This document shows positions 12,401 to 24,483 of a stretch of DNA of 64,000 nucleotides, one piece after another. The position numbers and the translations under genes were made by a program. The notes below the pieces were generated by a model. It was not told the DNA's origin. It saw only the letters and a list, made by a program, of their open reading frames with translations, and ran no database searches. The stretch's first letter is position 1; each line of letters opens with the position of its first letter. The DNA is from Octopus sinensis (taxonomy: Eukaryota): the NCBI RefSeq assembly GCF_006345805.1, contig NC_043000.1:164300001-164364000 (forward strand), in the 5' to 3' direction.

Positions 12401-15400
12401 ATTAAAATACAATTAATTAATCAATTCCAGCCACTCAAATCCATCCAAAAGTAATTTTTTAAGGATTTTAAAACAGAAAAGATACAGTTACAAGGAAAAT
12501 GACAATTATAAAAACGTAATAAAAAAGAATGCAAAAGAAATATGTAAACTGGTTTTATTAATTGAATTACCTTGAAGATGAAACAATTTGTGCACAAGGA
12601 AGACAATAAAGCATTGAAGAGGAGGATTATTGTTTGGAAAGAGAATCTCCATTCCTTAAGACTTCAGAAAGAACGACTTCTGGCATTTTCTCTCTCACTA
12701 GGCTTAATTTAGGCTTTCTGAAAACTTTCTTAACTTTTCAAACTTTCATTAGAAACATATCAAGAGAAGTCTGCTTTTTCATGTCTTTCAAAATGTTACG
12801 AAAATGCGCCAGAAAATGCAGCTGCACAATCTGTCGAGACTTTTTCAGGAGGAATTTTCTCTACAAATTCAGAAACATTCTGCCACTTTGCCAACACTCT
12901 CTTTATGTCACTAACAGATGGCCTTCTCTGCTACACTGTCTTCCTCCTCCAGGGAACCAATCTCTTCCATCACATCCAAATGCTGCTGCTCCTGAAGCTG
13001 CAGGAGTTCATCTGTTGTCAGCTCCCCTGAGTGTTCCCCAATGATATCATTAATGTCCCCATCATCAACCTTGAGGTCCATGGGCTTGCCAAGAGACACC
13101 ATCTCCTCGACTACAGGTGTCTCAGACTCAAACCCCTTGCAGTCTCTTGGATACGCAGTCAGGCCATAGTTTCCTCCATGCAGGATTCAGTGTTCTTGTT
13201 ACACCCTACAGGCCATATTGATGATTTACAGACAGTAAACAATGTTGTAGTGCTCCTTCAAAAACTCACGTAGGGTTAGATTTATATTTTCAGTGACTTC
13301 AAAGCACCAATGAAACAGGTGTTTGGTGTACAATTTCTTAAAATTAGAAATCACTATGGGCTGCAAGACAGGGTGATGTTGCATGAAAAGTACAGAACTT
13401 TTATGAATTTAAATTTATCCAGGATATCATCTTCAAGGTTAGGAGGGTGAGCAGGAGCATTGTTGAGGATGAGGAGGGCCCTGAGAGAAAGGTCGTTCTT
13501 CAAAAGATACTTTTTCACTGCTGGTCTGAAGACAAGGTTGACCCGCTTGATGAAGAACTGCCTGCTGACCCAGGCTTTAACATTTGCTCTCCACATAACC
13601 TGCAGCTTCTCCTTCATGATTTCATGCGACTTGAACACTCGTGAATTTTCAAACGGTAGGCAAGGAGCAGCTTAACCTTCAAGTTTCCACTCGCATTTGT
13701 ACAAAGGGCAAGAGTCAGCCTATCTTTCATAGGCCTATAGCCTGGCATTTCTTCTCCTCTGTAGTTAGGTTGGTTCTTCTGGGCATTTTTTCCCAAAGGC
13801 TAGTTTCATCACAGTTGAACACCTGTTGTGCAATGGACCCCTCGGCTGCAATTAGCTGACTGAATTTACACACGAAATCCTCAGCTGCCACTGAGACAAC
13901 CTTTGGCTGTTGTAATGGCTTTGATCTCCTCCTCCTTTTTCAGGATGATGCAGATCGTTGACGTTTCAGCTGTATTGAGATGCTATGTCCACTACACACA
14001 TTCCTCTCTCATGTTTATCAATGATTTCCTTCTCCAGTTCTATCATAATCAGCTTTTTCTTCTTGGTACTGTCCTTTGTACTAACATTCTTAGGACCTGT
14101 GGCTAACACAACTAATTATCATAAAATAATAACAAAAGTGCACAAAACTAAAAAAAAAAAAAAAAATTTGGAAGCTGCCACAAGATAAAACATGTGAACA
14201 GAGCGAGCAGAGGCTGGAGTTGTTGGGAGAGCGTGTGCGAGCCCAGGCTGGAGTTGTTGGGAGAGCGTGTGCGAGCCCAGGGCCAACTTGCAGTCACTTG
14301 TATGAAACTTGCTTGTACAGTGAATTTCTGCTCATACTTCAAGACAAAAATTCACACAAGCCTCAGCTCATACAGCAAATTACTCATACTGCAAGGTTCT
14401 ACTGTATATTTAAATGGTTTATTCTAGACAAAGGGCAGTAACTGATGAGATTGACATTCTTCTTCAATAACAAGTTGATGGTTTCAAGAAAAACAGACAA
14501 GACAGAATTCCAAAGATCTGGTGTTCAAAAGGAGGAATGTTAAAGGATATTAGACTAACACGAAAAATTATCAGCACTGGCAAGGCTTAGCATTTGTCCC
14601 AATAAGAGTTCTAGCAAGATATATTATTCCTCTTTAACCCTTTAGCATTCAGATTATTCTGTCAAATGCAATTACACTATTTTGAATTAATCATGTATTA
14701 TCCCAAAGCTTCAAGATGATAACGAGATGATTGTTTATTTTTAGAAGAACATTGTAGGATATGCGTGATCGGCCAGATCTGGCCACTTTGAACATAAAAT
14801 AAGAATATTTGGGCCAGATATAACCAGTTTAAATGCTAAACTTAAGAGGAAATGGGTAACTACAAGATTGGCTTCTTGCTATGTGTAGTGGTTGTGTCTT
14901 TGTGCAAGTGAAGAAGACAAGACTAAATGACTGAAATGGAGAATGTTTGAGATTCTGTTGAGGGAATCAGCACAGGTTTGGCTCCTGGTGTCTCGATTAC
15001 AAGTGGGAGACACTTGGTTGTTGGTTAGGGAGGGAGGAAGGGTGGTAACAACTGCAAAGATGTTGGCATTACCAGAGATGGTTACATGTAATTTCTGAAT
15101 GCAAAAGAGAAACAGTACTGAGGACAATCCCAAGAGTTTGGGACACCAGAGCTGGCAGAGAGAGAGAGACATTGGCACACAAGAGTTGAAAGAGAGACAT
15201 CAGCCACAACCAGAACTGATAGACAGAACCATCCATCAATATGGTTGAAGAAGAACAATGGAGAGAGAGAGAAACCCAACAATACATGCCACAGTGATGC
15301 AATCTAATCGGAAACTTTTAATCCAAAAGGGAAGATATGGACAGAGCCCATAAGCAAGCAGTTTTCCTAAGCGAGTCATATATGAGAGACAGGCCCTGCT

Positions 15401-18400
15401 GGTGTAACATTGTTTTCACCAAATTTCTCAAGAGTGATTACATTCAAATTGTGCAGAAAGAACAAACAAAAAAACTGTAAAACATTGTGGTGGGGAAAAA
15501 AGAACTTTAATATTAAAATTACCTTCCCTGCACCTGATCCAAGTTCAGATGAGTAACGCACACTGAAATGAAGAAAGAAATCAGAGTAAAAATTTGTTGT
15601 TTGTTTTCATTGGTTGCAGAGCAAATTTTTGTATGGTATGGACAAGCTGATTAAATCAATGTTTAGTATAATACTAATTTCTATTCTTATTGCCCTCCAG
15701 TAAGATGAGACATAAAGCTGACTGCAGCAAGATATGTATATTTGCTCAAAGTCAGAGCAACAGGACTGCTCTGTAAAAGCTATGACTATTTTACAAAACC
15801 AGTTAGCCTTTACTCAAGTTCAATGCCAATGACTTATAGAGGAGGCATTTCTGACAAGGAAAGGTTAAATGTTTTTGTCCAATTTTTCCCATCCAAAACA
15901 GCACTCGGCTGAAATTCCCTCCCCACTTACATTTCTTAAAAGCATCATTCACTTCACATATCAAGAAAGTATTATTACATCTCACCCCACTTAAAAAGAA
16001 AAAAAAGAACAAAATGCAACTAAAACTCGATTGTTTCAAATGTAAGGCTTCGTTATCACCGAGGATTTCCTCTGGCAAATGCACAACCACAACAAAGCAC
16101 ATCAAAGATTAGCTTTTCCTTTGAAAGCCAGAAAATACTCCATCTCTAACAGCTACTAATCCTCTACAAATACTCCCACATCTGTAAAGGCACTGTAACT
16201 ACATACTCTAATATATCATCCTAGGCTAAAAGGCTACTTTGACTCACAATAAATAAGTTGCTCACAAACACAATGCAACCTGCTCTGTGCTGCTTTAATA
16301 ATTTCTACAACTACTGACACCTCTGCTCCTTGGAGCTGCTTGATTTTGCACAACCTCCACTTACATCCACCAACACTATACCAGGCTCCACATCTACAAC
16401 TACGCCCAGTCCTCCCTTACCAAAACATTAACCTCACTGCACTTCCCCACCCTTCTGCAGTCACCGACATGTATCGGTTTAAGTGGAACATCAACCGCAT
16501 CAATCTCATAGGTATTGGAAGGTCTGCAAAGGTCATGGACACAGTCCCTCACAACACCACTCCAGACCAAACTAATAAAATTAAAACACTAATAGTCTGA
16601 GAGAGCCTGCTAGGTTCATGGACTCCACTTCTTCACAGATGACCTTTTTTGTTTAACATCAATATTTTCATATTTGCATATTTGCTGTAATGCATATGAC
16701 TACTAATCAGATTGAGATGGTGCTATATAAAAAAAAAAGTTACATGTTTTGTGTCTATTCAAAACCACCATTATCATCATCATAGACAAACAGACAGATA
16801 TAGACAGGCAAATAGACATAGATAGACAGATATATAGTTATTGCTGTTTTTAAAAAATGGGATAAAGCTAATTTTAAATTTATAAGTAGTCATTAATTAT
16901 TGATATTCAAAAAGTTAAATTAATAACTATTAAGTCAGTGTCGTTTGAGACCATTCTATTAACCTATTAACAGCCAAATTTTTTTATTGTTAGTTTTTGG
17001 CTTTGCTAAATGTCTTAGGAGTCAATATATAGTATTTAAATTTTCTTCATATGTGAATTATTTTGGAAATTATAAATTTTTCGAAAAGTTCAGATTGGGA
17101 ATCTCTGGAAAAAATGCATATATATCTATGCAAAAGAAAAAATTTTTTCAGAAGTCAATATTTTTGTAGTTCAAAAATTGCGATTTATGACATAAAATGT
17201 CCTCTAGAATTAGCCAGAGTTAATAATGACAGACTTTAACTATTAAATATAGTAAAACACACCTCTGCAAATGCAATGTACATAAGTAATTCACTTTAAA
17301 TACAACTGTTTTTAGCGGATCCCCAAATGGGGTTCATGGCAGGCGATGGGTTAATTTTAACAGTTTGAACTTATGGAAACAAAATAATGAAGTTTGTTCA
17401 ATCAATTACAAAATTAAAAGAGAGAATTGCTTCGTCAATCAATATAATGGGAAAAAACCAACCATTCTGATAGAGCATTGATTCCTCTTTCATCCATTAC
17501 GGAGTATAAATTTTCCAAATAAATAAGAGAATCTGAACTGGAAACGATCAGAGTATTTATACGAGTGTATTTATACGGGTGTATTCGGTTTGCACATCAT
17601 TCTGTTAGTGGCAGAGTACATTGCGACCGAAAACTCTATGTCTTATCTTCCGAATTACGACCAAAGATAGCCTGGATTCACACTTCAGAAATGCATAAGA
17701 ATGTTGTATTAGAGCAAGGTCAAGAAGTTATGCAAAGTTATTTCGTCTGCACAATATGACGCCTGAGCTGAGGAGGGAAAAATTATAGCGAAACGCAGTA
17801 ATTTGACCTCGAAATCCTCATCAGAGAACAACCCAGTGACGCCGGTGTCTTCGTACAAAACAAAATATATACATAAATAGAACAAAAACTATATTCGTTT
17901 AGAGGAAGTTGTTTTACACCTATTTCACTATTTTTTTTTCTTTTATGACCGGGTCAGACCCTTTAGTTTGACCCTGAAAAAAAAAAAGCTAATGTTTTGG
18001 GTGGGACTTTTCATTCGAGAAATTGGATAAACGAAATATTCGGAAATAAATTTCGATGAAATAAAATAAATTGCAACATATTTCACAATTGTGAAATTTA
18101 TAAAAAAAAAAAGAGATATGGGAAACAGTTGTTTATGGTTTAATACGAAAAGATGCATCGAGATACTCAACCGAAATGTGTGAAGGCCGCATGTGACCTC
18201 CCGAAAGGAAAAACACAAATGTTGGGAATATATTTCGGGTGATTTATTATTATTTAAATCGTCGGTTTTCAACGAATTAAATGCAACGAAGAATCGATAT
18301 AAAAGCGTTTCTTATAAATGGTTCGGAACGTTTGACTTTCATAAAATACTAAAAGTTACCCAAAATTAAGGTCGGGGGAATGCGAACAATTAAGCTTTAA

Positions 18401-18916
18401 TAAAGAGGAGTCGACACCTGAAACGCTTTTCACCGAAGAAAGACGTAAAACTAAGTTTTAAGGGGAAACACAAATGATATTCCTTAAACTGAAGAAATTA
18501 AGTAAAAACTGGGATTTCTGATAGAAAAGGGTTTTTGTTGTTTGACCTTCAGGTCAGCCCAAGTCCTTCAGGCGAAAGGACTCCACTCCCACCTCATTTC
18601 AGATTTATTGCAATAAATATCTTCGTAAATCTAAAATATTTAAACTCAGACAATTTCTTCCAAGAAACAAAAATTTAGGAAAAAAGAAAGATTAAGAATA
18701 AAATTTAGGTTTTATAAAATCTCGATAAAAAAACATATATTACAAGTAATAGGAAGAACTGCTATGTTACCTGACCGCCGTAAACTGGATGATAGAAAGG
18801 AGTGGAATTGTTTAAACTAGAAAACTGCGAGCTCTGATATATATTTGCTTTAATAAATAAATGGAAACTCACCCGACGAGGCGAATCAAAGTGGAAAGTC
18901 TCCTGCAGGCGGCCAT
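6387..18916 (-). CDS. ATP5IF1: Mitochondrial ATPase inhibitor IF1, six coding exons, 103 aa: MAACRRLSTLIRLVGVRYSSELGSGAGKGGGSGGSIREAGGAFGKLEAAREEEFFKRLEKQQLAMLKKQIHEDIDFHENQIKIHEEAIKRHKKKIKGMKSDSD
   Basis: Six exons (44+40+26+64+81+57 = 312 nt) with canonical GT-AG sites and matching phases (2,0,2,0,0). Contains the IF1 signature GSIREAGGAFGK..AREEEFF, a His-spaced C-terminal coiled coil and an Arg-rich N-terminal presequence. Confidence 0.95.
8363..8443 (-). CDS. ATP5IF1: ATP5IF1 coding exon 5 (EKQQLAMLKKQIHEDIDFHENQIKIHE)
   Basis: Acceptor tttgtatttgacag|G; donor GAG|GTAAAC; 81 nt, phase 0/0. Confidence 0.93.
8480..9760 (+). mobile_element. Decayed RTE LINE 5' part (APE endonuclease and linker), antisense within ATP5IF1 intron 4
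   Basis: DVCCIQEVRWRG, YKLFWEGN, IISAYTPQ, GDFNGHV, RLVVSDFRL motifs, with stops and frameshifts. Confidence 0.88.
9809..9872 (-). CDS. ATP5IF1: ATP5IF1 coding exon 4 (EAGGAFGKLEAAREEEFFKRL)
   Basis: Acceptor ttttgctttgcgttgcag|A; donor TTG|GTAAGT; IF1 inhibitory core. Confidence 0.95.
10868..10893 (-). CDS. ATP5IF1: ATP5IF1 coding exon 3 (26-nt microexon, GGGSGGSI+AG)
   Basis: Acceptor poly-T gttccag|G; donor TAG|GTGAGT; supplies the conserved GSIR. Confidence 0.92.
11938..12061 (+). repeat. 124-bp perfect inverted copy of Tigger-internal sequence 13066..13189
   Basis: Base-by-base reverse-complement comparison showed no mismatch. Confidence 0.92.
12110..12295 (+). mobile_element. SINE-like repeat (same family as 222..425)
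   Basis: cgattacatcgaccccagta...aaggcaaagtcaacctcagcagaatttgaactcag. Confidence 0.75.
12311..14404 (-). mobile_element. Decayed pogo/Tigger DNA transposon in ATP5IF1 intron 2
   Basis: TA flanks both ends; imperfect TIRs C.G..A.ACCTTGCAGTATGAGT; transposase remnants MKDRLTLALCTNASG, WRANVKAWV, LLILNNAPAHP. Confidence 0.88.
15523..15562 (-). CDS. ATP5IF1: ATP5IF1 coding exon 2 (40 nt, VRYSSELGSGAGK)
   Basis: Acceptor ttcttcatttcag|T; donor AAG|GTAATT; phase 2 in, phase 0 out. Confidence 0.9.
18873..18916 (-). CDS. ATP5IF1: ATP5IF1 coding exon 1 (MAACRRLSTLIRLV+GG)
   Basis: accATGG start context; donor GG|GTGAGT; sequence resembles a mitochondrial targeting peptide. Confidence 0.9.
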
Positions 18917-19065
18917 GGTTGCAGATCAAGGGAAATAACTCCGAACCGAAATAATAAGTTTTTTATTTATTTATTTATTCGAGGCTTGAAAAGGAATTCA
19001 AAGCAAAGATTGCTTGGGAGGGGCAAACCCACGTCCAAATTTTTTTACAAACATGATCGTTTGGG

Positions 19066-19477
19066 GGGATCTTTTCGGTTTGAACGGCAGTTTTTTTCTA
19101 GCCGTGTCATATGAAATTGTCACCCATAATTATGACCCTATTATCGATCTATTGCATTTCGATCTGTTTTAGGGTTAGGGGTGGGGGAAGGGTATCTTTT
19201 TTTATTCACAAATGTAAATAAACCCAATCTATTTCTTAAACGAGGGACATTTTCATACGGCAAAGAATGCTTTTTAACTGAATAGACGTCATTGATTGGT
19301 TGAAATTGCAGAAATTGAAGAAAAAAAACAACAAATATCTAACAAACTATAGAATTTTCTCAATAAAACCAAGAGAAAAAGATGTTTTATAAACACATTC
19401 TACCAGTATACAAAGTTTAAAATTTTTAGTTACCTAGAAATTATGTTAAAAACTGCCGGTCAAACCGAAAAGATCCC
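19066..19477. mobile_element. MITE with about 30-bp TIRs, roughly 150 bp upstream of the ATP5IF1 ATG
   Basis: GGGATCTTTTCGGTTTGAACGGCAGTTTTT / AAAAACTGCCGGTCAAACCGAAAAGATCCC (1 mismatch). Confidence 0.8.
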
Positions 19478-20179
19478 GTTTTTCGTTTTTTGTTGTTTTT
19501 TTTTAATTATAAAAATTTTTAACTAAAAAAACTTTTTATTTATTTATTCATCTTTTGGTTGGGAGCAGCAGATTAGCTTGCATATGAATTCAACGTATTT
19601 ATGAAGTATAATCAAGTTTGTGTTAACATTTTAATGCCTGGAACATAAAAAAATTAACTAGAACACAATATGCAAAGAGAAAAAAAAACCTCATTTCTTA
19701 TATCATTTTGAGTTACGAGACAACTTCGATCATATTTGAGCCTTTTCGATCTCCTCAGCGATGAATTCCCTACCCTAAGATTTCCTAAGTAGAAGTGAGA
19801 GAAACATTGAGTAAATGTACACTTCTTGATGTAGACAAATGCAAATTTTCATGGAATAAATTACTCATATATATCTTCTGCATGAAATAGCCATAGTTAA
19901 ATTAGAGGGGACATTTTTAAAACAGGAAGCATGAAAATACTAATTGAAAAAACATTTATTTCTGATTAACTAACAAAACTAAAAATTCATGGACGGTGGT
20001 TGAGATTGATTGACAGGCAGAGTTTCGGATGAAGACATAAGTTGGATTTTTTCTGTTTTGCCGGAGATTTTTCCAATTATTTTTCACCACAGCCTTCGAA
20101 AATGATGGCGTGGAGGACATCTTTTTACGAAAATAAAATTTTGAAAATTTATGTTTAGCGGCATTTCGTCCATCTTTAT

Positions 20180-20295
20180 TTCTGAGATCGATTTTCAGGT
20201 TCGATAAAATAAGTACCAGCTGAACACTGGAGTCGATGTAATCGATTTACCCCCTCCCCAAAATTGTTGGCCTTGTGCCAAAATTTGAAACCATG
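20180..20295 (-). mobile_element. SINE-like repeat fragment
   Basis: Reverse complement of the family core (ggtttcaaattttggcacaaggcc...atcgactccagt). Confidence 0.7.
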
Positions 20296-20624
20296 ATTAC
20301 TCCTACTTTATTTCTTCTGTTTTATTCTAACGTCAAAAACTCAATTTGCTCAATGGTGAACGGTACTGTTTATAGAGAACATATTACGTAGATATATCCC
20401 GACATTAAACTTACTCTGATTACGGAAATCAGATAACGTCTGTGCGTATCTGAAAACCTAAATATTCGTAAGTTCGAGGGAAAGATTGCTTAGTGGGTGC
20501 AAACCTAGGTCCAAAATTTTTTTACAAACAAGGTCGTTTTTTGTTCTTTTTTTTTTTTTTCAAATTTAAAAATATTTAGGATCTCGGTCAAAGTGAAAAG
20601 ATCCAACCACTTTACTCCTTAGGA

Positions 20625-22030
20625 GTGATAAGGAACAGATCGAGTGGGACAGCATTCACTACCAGAAAGGCATCTTTCAGGGTGATAGCCTGTCTGTGTT
20701 ACTCTTTATCCTACCATTAAATCCAATATCATACTTGCTCACAAAACATAGTGATCTCAAAAATGGATCCAGAAGTATCTCCCGTCTTTTCTTTGTCGAC
20801 GACCTGATACTGTATGGGCCAAATATCAACCACACACACAAAAAAAAACAATTTGACCGTATAACCCAATTTTCTACAGGCATTGGGATAAAATTTGGTG
20901 AGTTGAAATATGCATTCTTATCAATAAAACACGGAAACATTGTGCCTGTCTCTGAAAACTTAAGAATGAACGGCTTAACAATACAACCTCTACAGTCAGG
21001 TGACAATTATAGGTATTTTGGACAAGATAGAATGTCATATGTGATGGATCCATGGATAAGGAGAAGACCAGAAATGAATACCTCAGAAGAGTATAGAGAA
21101 CATGGTAATCAGAACTCTCAACTTACAACAAACATATTACCCACAATACCTTTGGAGTGCCTGTCCTCACGCCTACGTTCGATCTTCTGAACTGGTTACT
21201 AAATGAACTCAGTGTTACAGGAAACTTTAACATCAATGGAAATGCAGACAGGCTATACTTTCCACACAAGGATGGTAGCTGTGATCTCAAATCTGTAGTG
21301 ATGTCATATGAAGCACGGATTGTGACACTGAAATAACATCTGCAATAAAGAAAAGAGAGCAGTAACTATATTACCCAAGTTTGTGACCATGCAACCAGCA
21401 ACATAATTAGGACAGCTAATGAACTTGAAATAAGAGCTGATACGGATTTTCCCCCGTGTAGCATTGATAAAATCTATTTATCAGAACAACAGAAAAGAAA
21501 AAATGGACCAACTCACTGAGAAGATAGTACATGGGCAATCGGTACGTAGAATAAAAACTATAGAAGAGATTGATCATATCAAAAGCTTGGCGTGAGTGCC
21601 GACAAGTTTAGGACATCCTACTTTGAAGGTCATATCAATGCAATCCATTATCAAGAGATCTCAACCAAGTATCTACAGAATAAAAGCAGAAGATTTTGAC
21701 AGACAACGAATATGAGCTTTGCAAGACTTTGCAACAAGAGCTTTGCAACACTGAAGACTTCCAATCACATTATTGCCAATTGCGAGCGAATGTCTTTCAG
21801 ATATTATCTTCTGATGGTGCATGATACGGTGACCAGAGTAATCTGGTACTGAATAACAAAACAGAAAACACCTACAGAAAAAGTTCACCATATTGAGACG
21901 GATGGGTCACAAGAATATTGGTGGAACTTAAAAAGTAAAACAGCCACCAAGTTAAAACACAACTGGCCAGATATCGTTGTGTTGGACCACAAAGAAAAGA
22001 TATGTTCTGTTGGGGAAATCAGATATCATA
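20625..22030 (+). mobile_element. Decayed R4/Dong-like non-LTR element (RT, CCHC knuckle, restriction-like endonuclease)
   Basis: GIFQGDSLS.LLF, ISRLFFVDDLILYG, RLCNK...NHIIANC, WPDIVVLDHKEKIC..EI. Confidence 0.75.
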
Positions 22031-22069
22031 AACCTTCCGTTCCATTATAAGTGCATTCCATCCCCAGAG

Positions 22070-22450
22070 TAGGTAACCTTTCTTATAGTGAAAACTATCG
22101 ATTCATCGCTCTGATTTCCATCATACAAAAGTGACGAGAAAATAGTCATAGCTTTTGCATGGCTTCTGGGGACCGTCTCTCTTAAGTCACTCATCAGTGA
22201 TGGTCACGCAGTATAGAAACGCATTAACAACGATACTGTAACACTCGACATCGGCAAGTCCTTTGACTGAGTCTGGTACGAAAATATCTTTGTTAAATTG
22301 TCTGCCTATGGGCTCTATCTGATTTTACGAATTCGTTGGAAGTTTTCTGTTACATTGTATCAGTGGGGCATGCAAAGACGAGCACTCTCTCTGATCAACA
22401 TTCCATCAACTATGGTACATCCCAAGATCTGGCTATCACCTCCAACAAAG
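22070..22450 (+). mobile_element. Highly decayed CR1/Jockey-like RT fragment
   Basis: NYR.IALIS and LDIGKSFD.VWY...KLSAYG remnants. Confidence 0.5.
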
Positions 22451-24445
22451 TTCCTTACTAAGTAGGCGATACAGTTCCTCATTACCACTTCCGAATACAG
22501 GTGTAGCTAGACTCGGTTGCAATTCCTCTCTTCCTTTATTATATATACGCGTGTTCGAATGTAGCAGGGAACAGCTAGCCTTTGGCCGCTATTTGGATCC
22601 CGTTGTGTCCACCACTCTGACTGGTTGGTATTGGCGCAATTTGTCTTTTATTCCGCCAACTGCCACGTACAACTAGTCGGATGCCCTAAATATGATCACG
22701 TGGGACAGCCTGTTCTCTACCCTGTTTTAAGCCTACAGTTCCTTATAAAAACCCAGCTTTTCCTCTTTCCGGCGTCTTTGGTTCTAGACCTTTTAAAGTC
22801 TAACTACTAACCATAGAGACACAGCCAGTTCCAGCGACGACGCCAGACAACTACCACCACAGCAGCTGAGACTCGCCTACTTCGTCCAACAGCACTACGG
22901 CAACCTTCATTTTCGTCGCCACCAACATGTCCTTAACGTCGTCAGTATCATCTCTTTGCGTACACAGCTCACCAAGCAATTCACCCGGGTTCCAACACTT
23001 CACTGTTCGTGATCAACAGCGAATATACTACCTGTATGAACTCTTGTACGAAGTCACCCCGGCAGCAGCATCACAGTCACGACTTCACGTATGACACGTA
23101 TCCTTAACCGTCTCAGCATCATGGCCACAACTTCTTGATACAGTATTTCAACTCCAGTGTACTACTGACTACGAACTGGTATTCATCGTTCTCGAATTTA
23201 CTTCTCACTTCGATGACAAAAGACTCTTCCACTGCCTCCTTCTTCGTTGTCATCTTTATATGCACTTAACACACGCGCATGCATCTACGCTTACACACAC
23301 ACATACATTTTCTTCTCATGTATACATGATGCACACACACACACACACACACATGTTATTGCGTCAATAAATGTTCTCTTAATCATTCTACACGGTTGTG
23401 TCTCTTTTTCCATCTGGCAAGTAAATGGTTCTATCAATTTTCTCTTTATTGTAAGGGCTGTGTGATGTGGTACTAAAGAGCTATACTCGCACCTTGCATC
23501 GCACGGTCCTTACTTAGGCGTCATCCAGTCTAAACACTTCATTACCACTTCCAAACACTAGCGTCACCCAACCTAAACACCTCATTTCAAGCTTGCACTA
23601 TCACTATGAACAGATATATGGAAACCATAATTTCGTGAGGACACAATAACCTCGTCTCCTTCAACAATGTGACACGACATTCAATGTGTCAACATATCAA
23701 GGAAACACTCGCTTACTCCAGCACGCGATTGAAACACTCAGACATCAAGTTTGACCTTCACTGATAACCTTTCATAGCGGTCTCATAGTCATAGTGTAAC
23801 TAAAAACCTTTGGGTCAAAAACTTAAACTCCGATCAACTGTTGACACTCTTTCAAAGACCAACAAAAGCCTAAAGTGGGATTCTGATCCCACATCTGCTG
23901 CTACATAAAAACATTCTGAGCCGCATTCAAATACAAAGAAAGAAGAATCCAGATGATTGGAAAGGATTCACTCACCATCACACTCCAACCTCTATTCCAC
24001 AGACATATTTTCACCCTGTTTCTTCTTCTACCACCAAAACAATCGCTGCATCCCGAGACCAGACAGTTGTATTCCACCTCTACCCAACCTAACTTGACAC
24101 ACTTGTCCCTCCCCTCCTTATATATTTTGTGTCCCCTTTGTCAAGCCCTGCACTAGCTGCTTTTTCCATTTTTCCTATCATGATGACATCCCACAAGAAA
24201 TCCCGCTCACATTTTTCTTCGAGTGTGGATTTATAGCAGCTGAAACTGAATTTCAGTGACGTCTATTTGACCACTCTTCCAAATGAATTCCGATGTGCTG
24301 TGACAAAAAGCCTCTCCCCCACTCTCTCTCTTTGACTAGGTTCGTGCATAGAAACACTACCAACTTTTACACTCTGTCTTTCTATTTCCTTATATATCTG
24401 TGTGTGTGTATAATACATACACTCACGCACACACACACACGCATG

Positions 24446-24483
<38 letters not shown>

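Noticed and set aside
17570-17830. Hammerhead-like fragments (ctgaggag...gaaac; ctgttag...gaccgaaac; reverse ctgatgagg)
   Set aside because: No convincing stem I and stem II pairing around an intact core.
22560-23218. Possible solo LTR (TG...CA, TATA-like box at about 22743)
   Set aside because: No target-site duplication, second LTR, PBS or PPT was found.
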